A stretch of 64,000 nt of DNA from Elusimicrobiota bacterium (GCA_043811535.1 JBDRNC010000004.1:94759-158758); one strand, 5' to 3'; counted from the first letter of the stretch, positions 20,801 through 28,108 are shown. Numbers and translations: made by a program. The notes: generated by a model not told the origin, from the sequence alone.

Positions 20801-21236
20801 TGTTGTCTTTCCGCTTGCTCAACTGCCCTATAAAGGACTCCATGTCGACCCATTTGCCCTTCTCTCTCCAGCAAAGATCCGAAAAAGGAGGCCCTCCCAG
20901 CAGTATCATCTTCCCGCCGTATCGCATATAGTCCCATAGATTCTTCTTTATCGCTATCGGATTGAGCGCCCCGTTCGGGAATACGATCAAATCATATTTA
21001 TCCGCGTTGAATTGCTCGGGATCGGCGATCTGCGCCGTGGTTACAAACTCAGTCTTTGCGCCGGTTTTTGATATTTCATCGGCAATCGCTTCAGACGTAT
21101 TTTTGCTCAGGCGGGGCATGTTGTCTTTATGTATGGCTATTACCAGCTTCATGTTCGCAAGGCCGCAAAAGGAATTCATGGGAACGGAAGCGGCTGATAT
21201 TAAGATAAGAAGCAAAACGGCCAATGTTTTTTTCAT
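17805..21236 (-). CDS. Large secreted clan GH-A glycoside hydrolase (GH5/GH42-like) with CBM11-like domain
   Basis: Signal peptide MKKTLAV (start 21236); CBM-like segment FQAKGD...EEDGSRW...EWQ; catalytic region GVNYWP, YDIAWEP, VFWAEFG. Confidence 0.72.
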   Translation of the reverse strand: MKKTLAVLLLILISAASVPMNSFCGLANMKLVIAIHKDNMPRLSKNTSEAIADEISKTGAKTEFVTTAQIADPEQFNADKYDLIVFPNGALNPIAIKKNLWDYMRYGGKMILLGGPPFSDLCWREKGKWVDMESFIGQLSKRKDNKTIFGFDEESQGSDWVRETNNPGSPAEVKIVSPGTGKSKGCLQVKVASMTGWDQFTANVNPGAFEDSNMAICFQAKGDDKTRYLEVECREEDGSRWITMTMVSPEWQYRVLTPSDFMYWPDSAAKGRGFSGDKLNLTNLKKLSFGFSNDFTPIGPGSHTFAVDEVTALPMGEYADVSKQASVPALYEGLSPQYKLYSVSGVTGVKPGARQSIFSGYSWKIRNPLQCFVPIARPTGEGFVAARKSRWISLCEGQGQGDTEKGPVISMTIDWGKLRGAEWAYVAINDADFYKMPETIRFIKDLAVNMVSSPAILVAGSDKYTYFTGESAVLGAKIVNPVKRDVSAVVKITARKGSEAVYSIMKDVVLAPKEEFVYSESWKPEGKSAVYTVRTELIEDGKIIDAVEQEVNVVDDFQPISQKQKITVKGGKFFLGSKVWIPIGVNYWPSYSSGLELDDYYTHWLNPKFYDPVEVEKDLRVLEKTGANTVYIQYLAREQAPCVVDFLRRLENHGIKADIFLAHADPFNGDYNKNYFSDLISLARLADNPAVFSYDIAWEPNLNSIERRREYDKEWNKWIVEQYGSRENAAKEWKYTPTSINADGDWSAPVDGQLVKEGEWSKMVIAYRRFIDDLASRRYNEGCRDLRELDPNHLLGARTGYGGNGAAPPEWFAFDLFASAKHLDFISPEWYSLPKAEETRKAGFNVIYAKFVSNNKPVFWAEFGISVWDPIHSAASRELIVKQAELYDNFINMAWKAGSQGFAAWWFPGGFRLGEKSDYGIFDPDRTPRPAADSLRKGIALFRNEPGNMTPRNFIKIDRYRSSLGYFDVFNRAKDEYMELINSGKYPGIVTDGTGTTSENTPLVTICGTPYSGIGPLKYLNAEFNKVEISMDGKSWSEIKDGEEIPVNKSQSVWLRCSVGNISEAEWVSAPGKGRVFLSSTKNSAVKLEKPIPRNAKYLEDAEIPAFNLAGIVPGKRLVELTMTSKERAQFGQKFRFTLVSKP

Positions 21237-21258
21237 TAATGTCCCTTTCATAAAATAG

Positions 21259-21618
21259 TTATTTGCCGGAACGGCCGTAATCATCCTGAAGACGCACCAC
21301 ATCCCACAACTCGGGAGTCGACACTTCTATTATCTTGACATCGCAGTATTTCGCGTGCATTCTGTGGATCGTACGGGGTTTAACGACGAAAACATCCCCC
21401 TGCTTCATTACTTTCTTCTCTGCGCCTTTTGCCCCGAGTTCCAGGACATATCTGCCCTGGTCCGTATAAAGCGTTTCATGTTTCACTTTGTGGTACTGCC
21501 TGCTGAGGCGCTTTCCCTTTTTAATAATAAGTATCTTCCCCACGTATTTTTTGGCGCGCGCGAACCATATCTCTTTTCCCCACGGTTTCGGCACTACTTT
21601 TAATTTAGATGCGTTCAT
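21259..21618 (-). CDS. Cupin, mannose-6-phosphate isomerase type II C-terminal-like
   Basis: KPWGKE, RLSRQYH..KHET, TIHR, IEVSTPE..DVVRLQDDYGR. Confidence 0.82.
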   Translation of the reverse strand: MNASKLKVVPKPWGKEIWFARAKKYVGKILIIKKGKRLSRQYHKVKHETLYTDQGRYVLELGAKGAEKKVMKQGDVFVVKPRTIHRMHAKYCDVKIIEVSTPELWDVVRLQDDYGRSGK

Positions 21619-21657
21619 TACGAGTTATCTCCCGAAGAATTTACCGTCAATTAAATT

Positions 21658-21708
21658 ATAATAGAACGCTGGCACGCCTGTGCGAAGTAATTGTGAATAT
21701 CTTGCGAA
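21658..21708 (-). promoter_or_regulatory. Promoter with triple TTCGCA/TTCACA direct-repeat box (11-bp period)
   Basis: + strand TGCGAA 21681, TGTGAA 21692, TGCGAA 21703; TATTAT -10 17 bp from the proximal box. Confidence 0.75.
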
Positions 21709-21881
21709 ATTAATTAACTACGGTTCCAAGTTCCAGGCTACATGTTCGCCCCCCCCTAAAGAGGGTTTCGGACTTTCAGTCCATTAAGAAAACCTAAAGG
21801 TGCTAAATCCCTAAAGGGTGTCTCGGACCTTGCACCCAAGGTACTCAACCCCATAAAGAGGGGTCTCAGACTAGACTTCGT

Positions 21882-22568
21882 CTAGTCTTCGATAAACGCA
21901 AAACCATATCCGTATACTGTCTGGATTTTTTTCCCGAAAAGCCCAAGTTTCTTCCTGAGCATTTCAATGTGTTTCTCAACGGTGCGAGTGTTAACAGCGG
22001 ACGTGTATCCCCAAATCTGTTCCAACAGGAACTGTTTATCGTAAACCCACCCTTTTTTTCTCAGGAACGCGCACAAAAGCTCAAACTCTTTCGGCGAAAG
22101 TTTTATTGTCTTTCTTTTTATCTTCGCGGCGTGCCGCGTGACATTCACGAGCAAGTCACCGGACTTGAGTATCTCCTCCCCGCCGCTCACGCGCTGGTAA
22201 GTCCTCCTAAGCACCGATTTTATCCTTTCCGCCAGCTCATCGCCGTTAAACGGTTTTGAGATGTAATCGTCAGCGCCGGTTCTCAGCCCCGCGATCTTTT
22301 CTTCCGTTTTGTCTTTGGCTGTCAGCATGATAACCGGGACATTGGCGGTATTTTTCCCTTGCCTGAATACCCTGCACAGCGTGTATCCGTCAAAATCGGG
22401 AAGCATCACGTCAAGCAGTATAAGGTCCGGTTTAAAATCTCTGGCCATTGCTATGCCTTCGTCCCCGGAGTTGGCGGTAGCCACCTCAAAACCCCTGTCT
22501 CCCAGTATCTCTTTTACTACAGCGGCAAGCGTAATATCATCGTCAATAACAAGAATTTTCTGCTTCAT
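21882..22568 (-). CDS. OmpR/PhoB-family response regulator (no adjacent kinase)
   Basis: Receiver (LLDVMLPD, MLTA, GADDYISKPF) plus winged helix (LSPKEFELL, IWGY, TRTVEKHI, TVYGYG). Confidence 0.95.
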   Translation of the reverse strand: MKQKILVIDDDITLAAVVKEILGDRGFEVATANSGDEGIAMARDFKPDLILLDVMLPDFDGYTLCRVFRQGKNTANVPVIMLTAKDKTEEKIAGLRTGADDYISKPFNGDELAERIKSVLRRTYQRVSGGEEILKSGDLLVNVTRHAAKIKRKTIKLSPKEFELLCAFLRKKGWVYDKQFLLEQIWGYTSAVNTRTVEKHIEMLRKKLGLFGKKIQTVYGYGFAFIED

Positions 22569-22612
22569 CCCGCTAAACCTCTCTGGTCTTAGATAAGGAA
22601 ATGGACGTAAAA

Positions 22613-22643
22613 TAAAAAAACCCTTCGCTGTTGCGCAAGGGTC
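22613..22643 (-). terminator. Intrinsic terminator-like hairpin within the 5' leader of the OmpR-type gene
   Basis: Minus strand ACCCTTGCGCAACAGCGAAGGGT followed by a T run. Confidence 0.6.
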
Positions 22644-22791
22644 CTATAAGTCCATCTGCCTAAAATCACGGATTTTTGTATGTATTCTATACATTGATTC
22701 CGCCTTAAATAGGGCTTCGACGTCTGTTTTTCTTATTTTCGGTAATCTTCCCGCTTTCCCGCAGGAATCCGTACTAACAAATTTGTATTTA

Positions 22792-22820
22792 ATTATAAAA
22801 GATTTTTTGTGTTTTGTAAA
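22792..22820 (-). promoter_or_regulatory. Sigma-70-type promoter of the OmpR-type gene
   Basis: TTTACA-17 bp-TATAAT. Confidence 0.65.
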
Positions 22821-22971
22821 GGATTTTCAAGAGATTGTTTTTAAGCAATAATCATTGATTATTAAATAAAAATCCCTGCCAAGCTGGCAGAGAGTCTTTC
22901 AAACCTGTCATTTCCTGTGTTCAATGCGTATTTACCGCAGCAATAACACTGTTATCCGCCTGGAATTGAGC

Positions 22972-23436
22972 TTATTTTGCTATAGTTATTCTAAATATGC
23001 TTTCAATTCCTGTCGCTACTTTTACGCCGCTGCCTTTAACAGGAGCTGTTTTTGACCAAATATGGAACTGATACTTTTTGCCGATATACTTCTTTTCGCG
23101 GGGTATCGATATTATCACGTCTATCAACCCTACCTGCCCCGGCGACAGTTTTAATTTATCCACATCGGTCTTGATCCACCGCGCGCTGGGAAGGCTTTTA
23201 TATCCTTTTCTTAAAAGCGATTTTTCCGGAAGAACGGGCTCTATAGTCAGTTCCAGTTCCCGATCGCTGTTATTGCTAATTTTAAATAAATCTTTTCCCA
23301 GATCCTTAACGTGATATGTCCTGCCTATCCTGAGATTTTCCAGAAACAATTCGCCCGTCGCCGACAAATGCCCCGCAGCAAAAATCAAACCGAAACTAAC
23401 CGCCAAAATGCACAGTCCGATTGCAATACGTTTCAT
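22972..23436 (-). CDS. Secreted Ig-fold chaperone-like protein (PapD/DUF916-like)
   Basis: Signal peptide; ISNNSD..L.LTIEP, WIK...KLKLSPGQ...V.ISIP; homologous to N-terminus of the neighbour. Confidence 0.5.
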   Translation of the reverse strand: MKRIAIGLCILAVSFGLIFAAGHLSATGELFLENLRIGRTYHVKDLGKDLFKISNNSDRELELTIEPVLPEKSLLRKGYKSLPSARWIKTDVDKLKLSPGQVGLIDVIISIPREKKYIGKKYQFHIWSKTAPVKGSGVKVATGIESIFRITIAK

Positions 23437-23500
23437 ATATCTCCTTGCCTGACTTAACGTTTCACGTTTAACAGTTTAACGTTAAACGGTTAAACCGTTG

Positions 23501-24730
23501 TTATTTAGCCACTACCACCACTCCCGTGATGGTCTTCTGCGTTCCGTTAATATCTACTGTATATTTATATATGTACGCGCCGCTTTCGACGAAATTGCCG
23601 TCTTCATCCGTTCCGTTCCAGATATTCCTGTTCTCCAGCCTTACGACCTTCATACCGCTGATGTCAAATATATCAATTTGATAGATGCCCTGCAAGCCCG
23701 GAAAAGAAATGAAATCGTTAATACCGTCGAGATTTACCGGCGTTATTATTTTCTGCAAAGGAGTATAGTTCGTCGGCGCCGTCTGGCCCGCGTTGAAAAC
23801 ACCGTATATTGAAAAGTGATTGAGTTCGGCGCTAACGCATTTCGCGACCTTGTCGACTTTGCCGCCGACCGGGTCCCATCTTAAACCGTTCCAATAGAAT
23901 ATTTTGAGATCCTCTGCCTTAACCTCAAGGCCGTCAACTATACCGTCGTCGTCAAAATCAGCATAATACATCCTTACTTTGACCGGCTTGTTGAATGTTA
24001 TTCCATCCGGGCTGAATTTGAAGACTATCACCGCCTGGCTTGTCTCATCCAGTCCGTTCTTCTTGGGTATATCATCGCCTGTAAGTTCCTTGACCTTAAT
24101 CTTTACATTTTTATCCAGCGCTCCTGCGGGAATATCGAGATCAAATACGTCCTTGTCCTCAATTTTACCGCCGCCCGCGCCTATATCCTGCTCTACCTCA
24201 GTGACCGCCATCTTATCAAGCGTTGAGAACAGCATAATACTTTCTACGCCGGGATATACCCCGACTCCGCTTGTTACCGTATTCGGGATGTAGGAATTAC
24301 TCTGAGCATCATTCTGGGCATGCATAGGATCGCCGTAAATCTGGGTTACTGAAAAATTTATGTGGAACTGGAATTTCCTTGAAAGCAGTTTATGATTGCG
24401 CGGTATATGCAGATATACGTCAACGGTCTTGATCTCGCCCGGCATTAAGAACAGGCTATCCTTTGATATGGATACCTTGCCCGATAAAGGCAGCGGTTCA
24501 AATCCTTCTATTAAAAGCGTCTCGTCGGGCTGAACCTTGGTTATCTTTACAGAAACAGGCCCGTTCCCTTTGTTTTTTATAAATATTGAACGCCTGACAG
24601 GACGCGCAACACATTCTTTCCCGACAGTGACGCCTTCTATCTCCACTACCGGAGACGCCGATATCCGCGCGGAATACGCGGCGGAGGGCAGAAGCATTAG
24701 GATGAAAAGAAGAATTTTTTTATTCATCAA
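23501..24730 (-). CDS. Secreted protein: chaperone-like Ig domain, ZU5-like domain and T9SS type-B-like C-terminal domain
   Basis: IKNKGNGP..LMPGEIKTV; IGAGGG..LDIPAGAL..FSPDGITFNKPV..LNHFSIY; ITP..DGINDF..IFDISG..WNGTD..SGAYIY. Confidence 0.65.
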   Translation of the reverse strand: MMNKKILLFILMLLPSAAYSARISASPVVEIEGVTVGKECVARPVRRSIFIKNKGNGPVSVKITKVQPDETLLIEGFEPLPLSGKVSISKDSLFLMPGEIKTVDVYLHIPRNHKLLSRKFQFHINFSVTQIYGDPMHAQNDAQSNSYIPNTVTSGVGVYPGVESIMLFSTLDKMAVTEVEQDIGAGGGKIEDKDVFDLDIPAGALDKNVKIKVKELTGDDIPKKNGLDETSQAVIVFKFSPDGITFNKPVKVRMYYADFDDDGIVDGLEVKAEDLKIFYWNGLRWDPVGGKVDKVAKCVSAELNHFSIYGVFNAGQTAPTNYTPLQKIITPVNLDGINDFISFPGLQGIYQIDIFDISGMKVVRLENRNIWNGTDEDGNFVESGAYIYKYTVDINGTQKTITGVVVVAK

Positions 24731-25704
24731 AATTTCACGAGGAACGAACCTCTATGATGTCCCGAAGACCCTGTAAGATAAATTGGGAAATTCGCGGCGT
24801 AATCGAATCTGAACGCCAGGTCCTTCGCTACGCCGAACTTGAAACTGACGCCCGCGGAAGCTTCTCTTGTCCCGGCCCCCGCGCGCAATCCTATCGTCTT
24901 ATTGAATACCCAGCACTCAACCCCTAAACTCGCGGATAATTTGTTCTCGGTTCTTCCCCACTCCTGAAAACGGTAATTGACGTCCGCCGCCCACAGCACG
25001 TCATTTAACTTTAAAATCTTGAATAAATTGACTTTGGTGCTTTTCAATGCCACGCCGCCCTGAATTTCCATCGGCACTATGTCCTTTGACTGCAATCCGA
25101 CGTCGGGCTGCGTTATGTTCTTTACCGTCAAGCCGACGGTGAAATCCGGCGCCTTGGACGGCATGGGATAGCCAAGGGCGCCTATATCCGCGGTTATGTT
25201 CCATTTACGGGTGCCGTCCTTGAAAACCGGGTCGTTTTCAGTGAGGGGGTCCGTGGTGTAGCCGTGCGACAGGAATTTGATGTTTGTTCCTAGGAACAGC
25301 TTGGGTAGGCTTGGATAGTATCTGGTTATGTCAATCGCGTGAGTATAAGCTATCGTGCTTTCGTTGTAGATATCCCTTGTGTCAAAATAGGCCCATGTCA
25401 CCCCCATGTTGCCGTACTTGCCCAATGAATGAACGACAGATGCGTACTGCAGGGCAAGGTCCACGTTTTCCATGCCGTTAAACAGCTTAGTGTACATGAA
25501 ATCCGCTTCGCCCCGCTCAATCTGAATGATTCCGGCCGGGTTTATCAGCGAGCTGCTGGCGTCGTCTGAAACAGCAACAAAGGCGTTGCCCATTCCGGAA
25601 GATCTTACGCTCCAGTTCACGTCCTTGAAAGCGCAAAAACCCGTCTGGGCTGATAAGCAAAACGCTAATAATGCTGCGACTATTCTTTTCATTTTTTCCG
25701 TCAA
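24727..25704 (-). CDS. PorV/PorP(SprF)-like outer-membrane beta-barrel protein
   Basis: RSSGMGNAFVAVSDD...INPAG; NITQPDVG; FDYA; C-terminal Phe. Confidence 0.8.
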   Translation of the reverse strand: MTEKMKRIVAALLAFCLSAQTGFCAFKDVNWSVRSSGMGNAFVAVSDDASSSLINPAGIIQIERGEADFMYTKLFNGMENVDLALQYASVVHSLGKYGNMGVTWAYFDTRDIYNESTIAYTHAIDITRYYPSLPKLFLGTNIKFLSHGYTTDPLTENDPVFKDGTRKWNITADIGALGYPMPSKAPDFTVGLTVKNITQPDVGLQSKDIVPMEIQGGVALKSTKVNLFKILKLNDVLWAADVNYRFQEWGRTENKLSASLGVECWVFNKTIGLRAGAGTREASAGVSFKFGVAKDLAFRFDYAANFPIYLTGSSGHHRGSFLVKF

Positions 25705-25716
25705 TCTATCTGTCTT

Positions 25717-26178
25717 TTACGGAGCCGCTACAGCCGTAACTGTAACTGTGATCGTGTGCGGTGTTTCCGAAGAAACTGACGTGGGGGCCTTGAACTGGAG
25801 CCAAAGGCTTCTGTCGGCTCCTGCAGGGACACCGGCTCCCGTCTGGTCGCCCGCGAATACCGTGTCCGTGCACGTTGCAGAGGCCGTCGTCAGGTTGTGG
25901 TTCGCCTCGCTCCATGTTATCGCGCCTGCCGAGGATGCGAACGCGCCGTTGAGAACATACTGATTAGCGCCGGGCGTCGCGGAAGCCGTCCAGTCCGCCG
26001 GGCTCGTAAGCAGCAGTCTGAATGTCGCGTTTCCGGATCCGGCGTTTGTGCCGTAAGCAAGCCAATTTACAATACCGGATGACGAGAAATCAGCAGACCA
26101 GATGACAACTGCCTGGGCGCGAGAACCGATGCCCATGGCTGCTGTCATCAATGCCGCTAAACATATTACCTCTCTCAT
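25717..26178 (-). CDS. Short paralog of the adjacent fibre-subunit-like protein (internal in-frame deletion)
   Basis: N-terminal 40 aa and C-terminal about 110 aa both match 26270..27259. Confidence 0.7.
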   Translation of the reverse strand: MREVICLAALMTAAMGIGSRAQAVVIWSADFSSSGIVNWLAYGTNAGSGNATFRLLLTSPADWTASATPGANQYVLNGAFASSAGAITWSEANHNLTTASATCTDTVFAGDQTGAGVPAGADRSLWLQFKAPTSVSSETPHTITVTVTAVAAP

Positions 26179-26206
26179 CTTTTTCCCCTAAAACAGAACT
26201 TGGTGA

Positions 26207-26255
26207 AAGGGCGGGAACTCAATTTTCATTTTGCATGACCCAAGTTCCCGCCCTT
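26207..26255 (-). other. Strong intergenic hairpin (mRNA stabiliser or partial terminator)
   Basis: 13-bp perfect stem AAGGGCGGGAACT / AGTTCCCGCCCTT without a long U tract. Confidence 0.6.
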
Positions 26256-26269
26256 CCTTATATACCTTG

Positions 26270-27259
26270 TTACGGCTGTGCGACCGCTGTAACTGTGACT
26301 ACTATTGTATGCGCGGCTTCCGAAGAAACTACTGTGGGGGCCTTGAACTGAAGCCAAAGGCTCCTGTTAGCGCTTGCTGCAACACTAAATCCAGTCTGGT
26401 CACCTGCGAATATCGTGTCCGTGCACGTTACCGATGTTGTCGTCAGGTTGTGGTTCGCTTCGCTCCATGTTATTCCGCCTACAACCGATGAAAACGCGCC
26501 GTTTAGTACATACTGGTTAACGCCGGTTACAGTTGACGCCGTCCAGTCAGCCGGGTTCGTCAACTGAAGTTTAAACGTGGCGTTGCCCGTGCCGGAGTTG
26601 GTGACTGTAATGGCATTCGCGGACACTGCAGTTTGTCCCGCAACTATGGTCCCGAAAGCAACCGTGCCGGTAACCTCAACGCTGACTTCCGCGTTGACAA
26701 CCGTGACCGTAACATCGGCTGTGTTCCCGCCTGTTCCCTCTCCGTCGTCAAAAGTCAGGCTGGCCATAGTCATGCCCTGGCCTGTAGCGGTGGTGTGGAA
26801 GTTTATCTTAGGCATGACTGAAACCGCTCCAGCGTCGTATGTGAGCGCTGACAGACTGACGCTGCGGGAGCCCAACGGCGCGGGGTTCGCGACAACATTC
26901 CATATCGTGCCGACATAGTTGCCGTTCGTATCAAACTCGTCAAGCGAGATATCAAAAGTAGCGTCGGCCGTCACATTCGTGCAGTTGTAATTCAGATGCC
27001 CGTTGGTTAAAGAGCTGATAGGGACTCGAGTATAGAAGTCCTTATCCGGATAAATTCCGCCCGCGTCCCAGGAATTCGTTGAACTCTCTATTATCAATTG
27101 TGTGCCGTCCGAATACTTTGTTGCGTCTGCGCCGTAAGTCATCCAGTGCGAAACACCTTCCGGCGTGAAGTCCGCCGTCCAGACATCAGCCGCTTGCGCG
27201 TAGGAACCGATGCCCACAATCATTGCCATTAAAACCATTAAACCAATTAACTTTTTCAT
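26270..27259 (-). CDS. Secreted Thr/Ala/Val-rich two-domain protein, candidate pilin/fibre subunit
   Basis: Signal peptide, jelly-roll-like N domain, then ADVTVTV...VAFGTI..ITVTNSG...LWLQFKAP...HTIVVTVTA; strong SD AAAGGAG. Confidence 0.6.
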   Translation of the reverse strand: MKKLIGLMVLMAMIVGIGSYAQAADVWTADFTPEGVSHWMTYGADATKYSDGTQLIIESSTNSWDAGGIYPDKDFYTRVPISSLTNGHLNYNCTNVTADATFDISLDEFDTNGNYVGTIWNVVANPAPLGSRSVSLSALTYDAGAVSVMPKINFHTTATGQGMTMASLTFDDGEGTGGNTADVTVTVVNAEVSVEVTGTVAFGTIVAGQTAVSANAITVTNSGTGNATFKLQLTNPADWTASTVTGVNQYVLNGAFSSVVGGITWSEANHNLTTTSVTCTDTIFAGDQTGFSVAASANRSLWLQFKAPTVVSSEAAHTIVVTVTAVAQP

Positions 27260-27488
27260 TTTAAACTCCTTTCTGAATTTTTCTTGAAACTACAGCTTCT
27301 TTTGATGCTTTGTTGCCCTGAATCTGACTAATCGATTTGTTCTTGGTCACCTCCCGTGGATTTGAGATTTGATGTTACGCTGGAGAGCATATTGTCACTG
27401 GCTAAAACTGCGGTTTTTTCAGGACTTCACCCCCTTACGATGGTGAATTTTTAGGTTTGATGTGATTTGGCTTCTATGGACAGATGTT

Positions 27489-27538
27489 ATTAAACTTGCG
27501 TACCGGTTGATGCGAAAGAAATGCGAAGCTTTTGCGAA
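27489..27538 (-). promoter_or_regulatory. Promoter with triple TTCGCA direct-repeat box (11-bp period)
   Basis: + strand TGCGAA at 27511, 27522, 27533; TTTAAT -10 16 bp from the proximal box. Confidence 0.75.
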
Positions 27539-27609
27539 GTTTGAGAATCCTTAATATATTTCGAGAGCGTTTAATACCGGTTTTACAGTCGGATTGATTG
27601 CCGATAGCA

Positions 27610-27664
27610 CCTCCTTCGCCAACCATCCTTCGCTAAAGCTACGGAGTGGTTCATCTTCGGAGGG
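27610..27664. repeat. Nested REP-like palindromes
   Basis: Inner AACCATCCTTCGCTAAAGCTACGGAGTGGTT inside outer CTCCTTCGCC...CTTCGGAGGG. Confidence 0.55.
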
Positions 27665-27782
27665 TTATCCGCAGAATAATATCCATCTGCGCTTACCGGG
27701 TCATCAATAGACACGGCTATTCGCCATATTGATGATCCAGCTTCGGTGGATTATTTGCCGATTTTTTTGTGAAATCGGCAAA

Positions 27783-27816
27783 TAAAAAAAACAGGCCCGG
27801 TTTTCACCGGGCCTGC
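27783..27816 (-). terminator. Intrinsic terminator
   Basis: GCAGGCCCGGT-GAAA-ACCGGGCCTGT followed by T run. Confidence 0.88.
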
Positions 27817-27886
27817 CCCCCTCTATATCTTTTTCTTTCGACTGCACCGGGACCCCGTCCGCCGCGGCGGACGAGACCCGGTACAA

Positions 27887-27949
27887 TCAGCCACCCACCA
27901 ATGGCTTCCCCCATTCCCTCAATATTTTTGTTGTTTCCGTTCCAGTCAT
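27887..27949 (-). CDS. Candidate 20-aa small ORF (MTGTETTKILREWGKPLVGG)
   Basis: SD AGAGGAG 6 nt upstream; lies between the sigma-54 promoter and the terminator. Confidence 0.35.
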   Translation of the reverse strand: MTGTETTKILREWGKPLVGG

Positions 27950-27974
27950 TTTGTTCTCCTCTGATTATTATAGA

Positions 27975-27991
27975 CGCAATTTTGTTGCCAA
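27975..27991 (-). promoter_or_regulatory. Sigma-54 (-24/-12) promoter
   Basis: TTGGCAACAAAATTGCG with exact GG-N10-GC spacing, just downstream of the sigma-54 activator gene. Confidence 0.72.
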
Positions 27992-28027
27992 CAAAATATG
28001 GAATGTAGCGGTATTTTTACGTAAGAT

Positions 28028-28065
28028 TGCACTATATTACATGCACTTGCCCAACATTTTGTGCA
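28028..28065. promoter_or_regulatory. Tandem enhancer-like palindromes (TGCAC-N8-GTGCA consensus)
   Basis: TGCAC-N8-ATGCA (28028-28045) and TGCCC-N8-GTGCA (28048-28065), 20 bp apart. Confidence 0.6.
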
Positions 28066-28074
28066 ATTCACAAA

Positions 28075-28108
28075 AATGTAGACCGGCACTTAAGTGCCGG
28101 TCTACATT
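28075..28108 (-). terminator. Perfect palindrome/terminator after the activator gene
   Basis: AATGTAGACCGGCACTTAAGTGCCGGTCTACATT. Confidence 0.75.

Noticed and set aside
21670..21683. TGGCACGCCTGTGC resembling a sigma-54 promoter on the plus strand
   Set aside because: GG-to-GC spacing is 9 rather than 10 and it points at no gene
27704..28008. ORFs 27704..27886 and 27769..28008
   Set aside because: They run through terminator and palindromes, with no convincing SD or protein motifs
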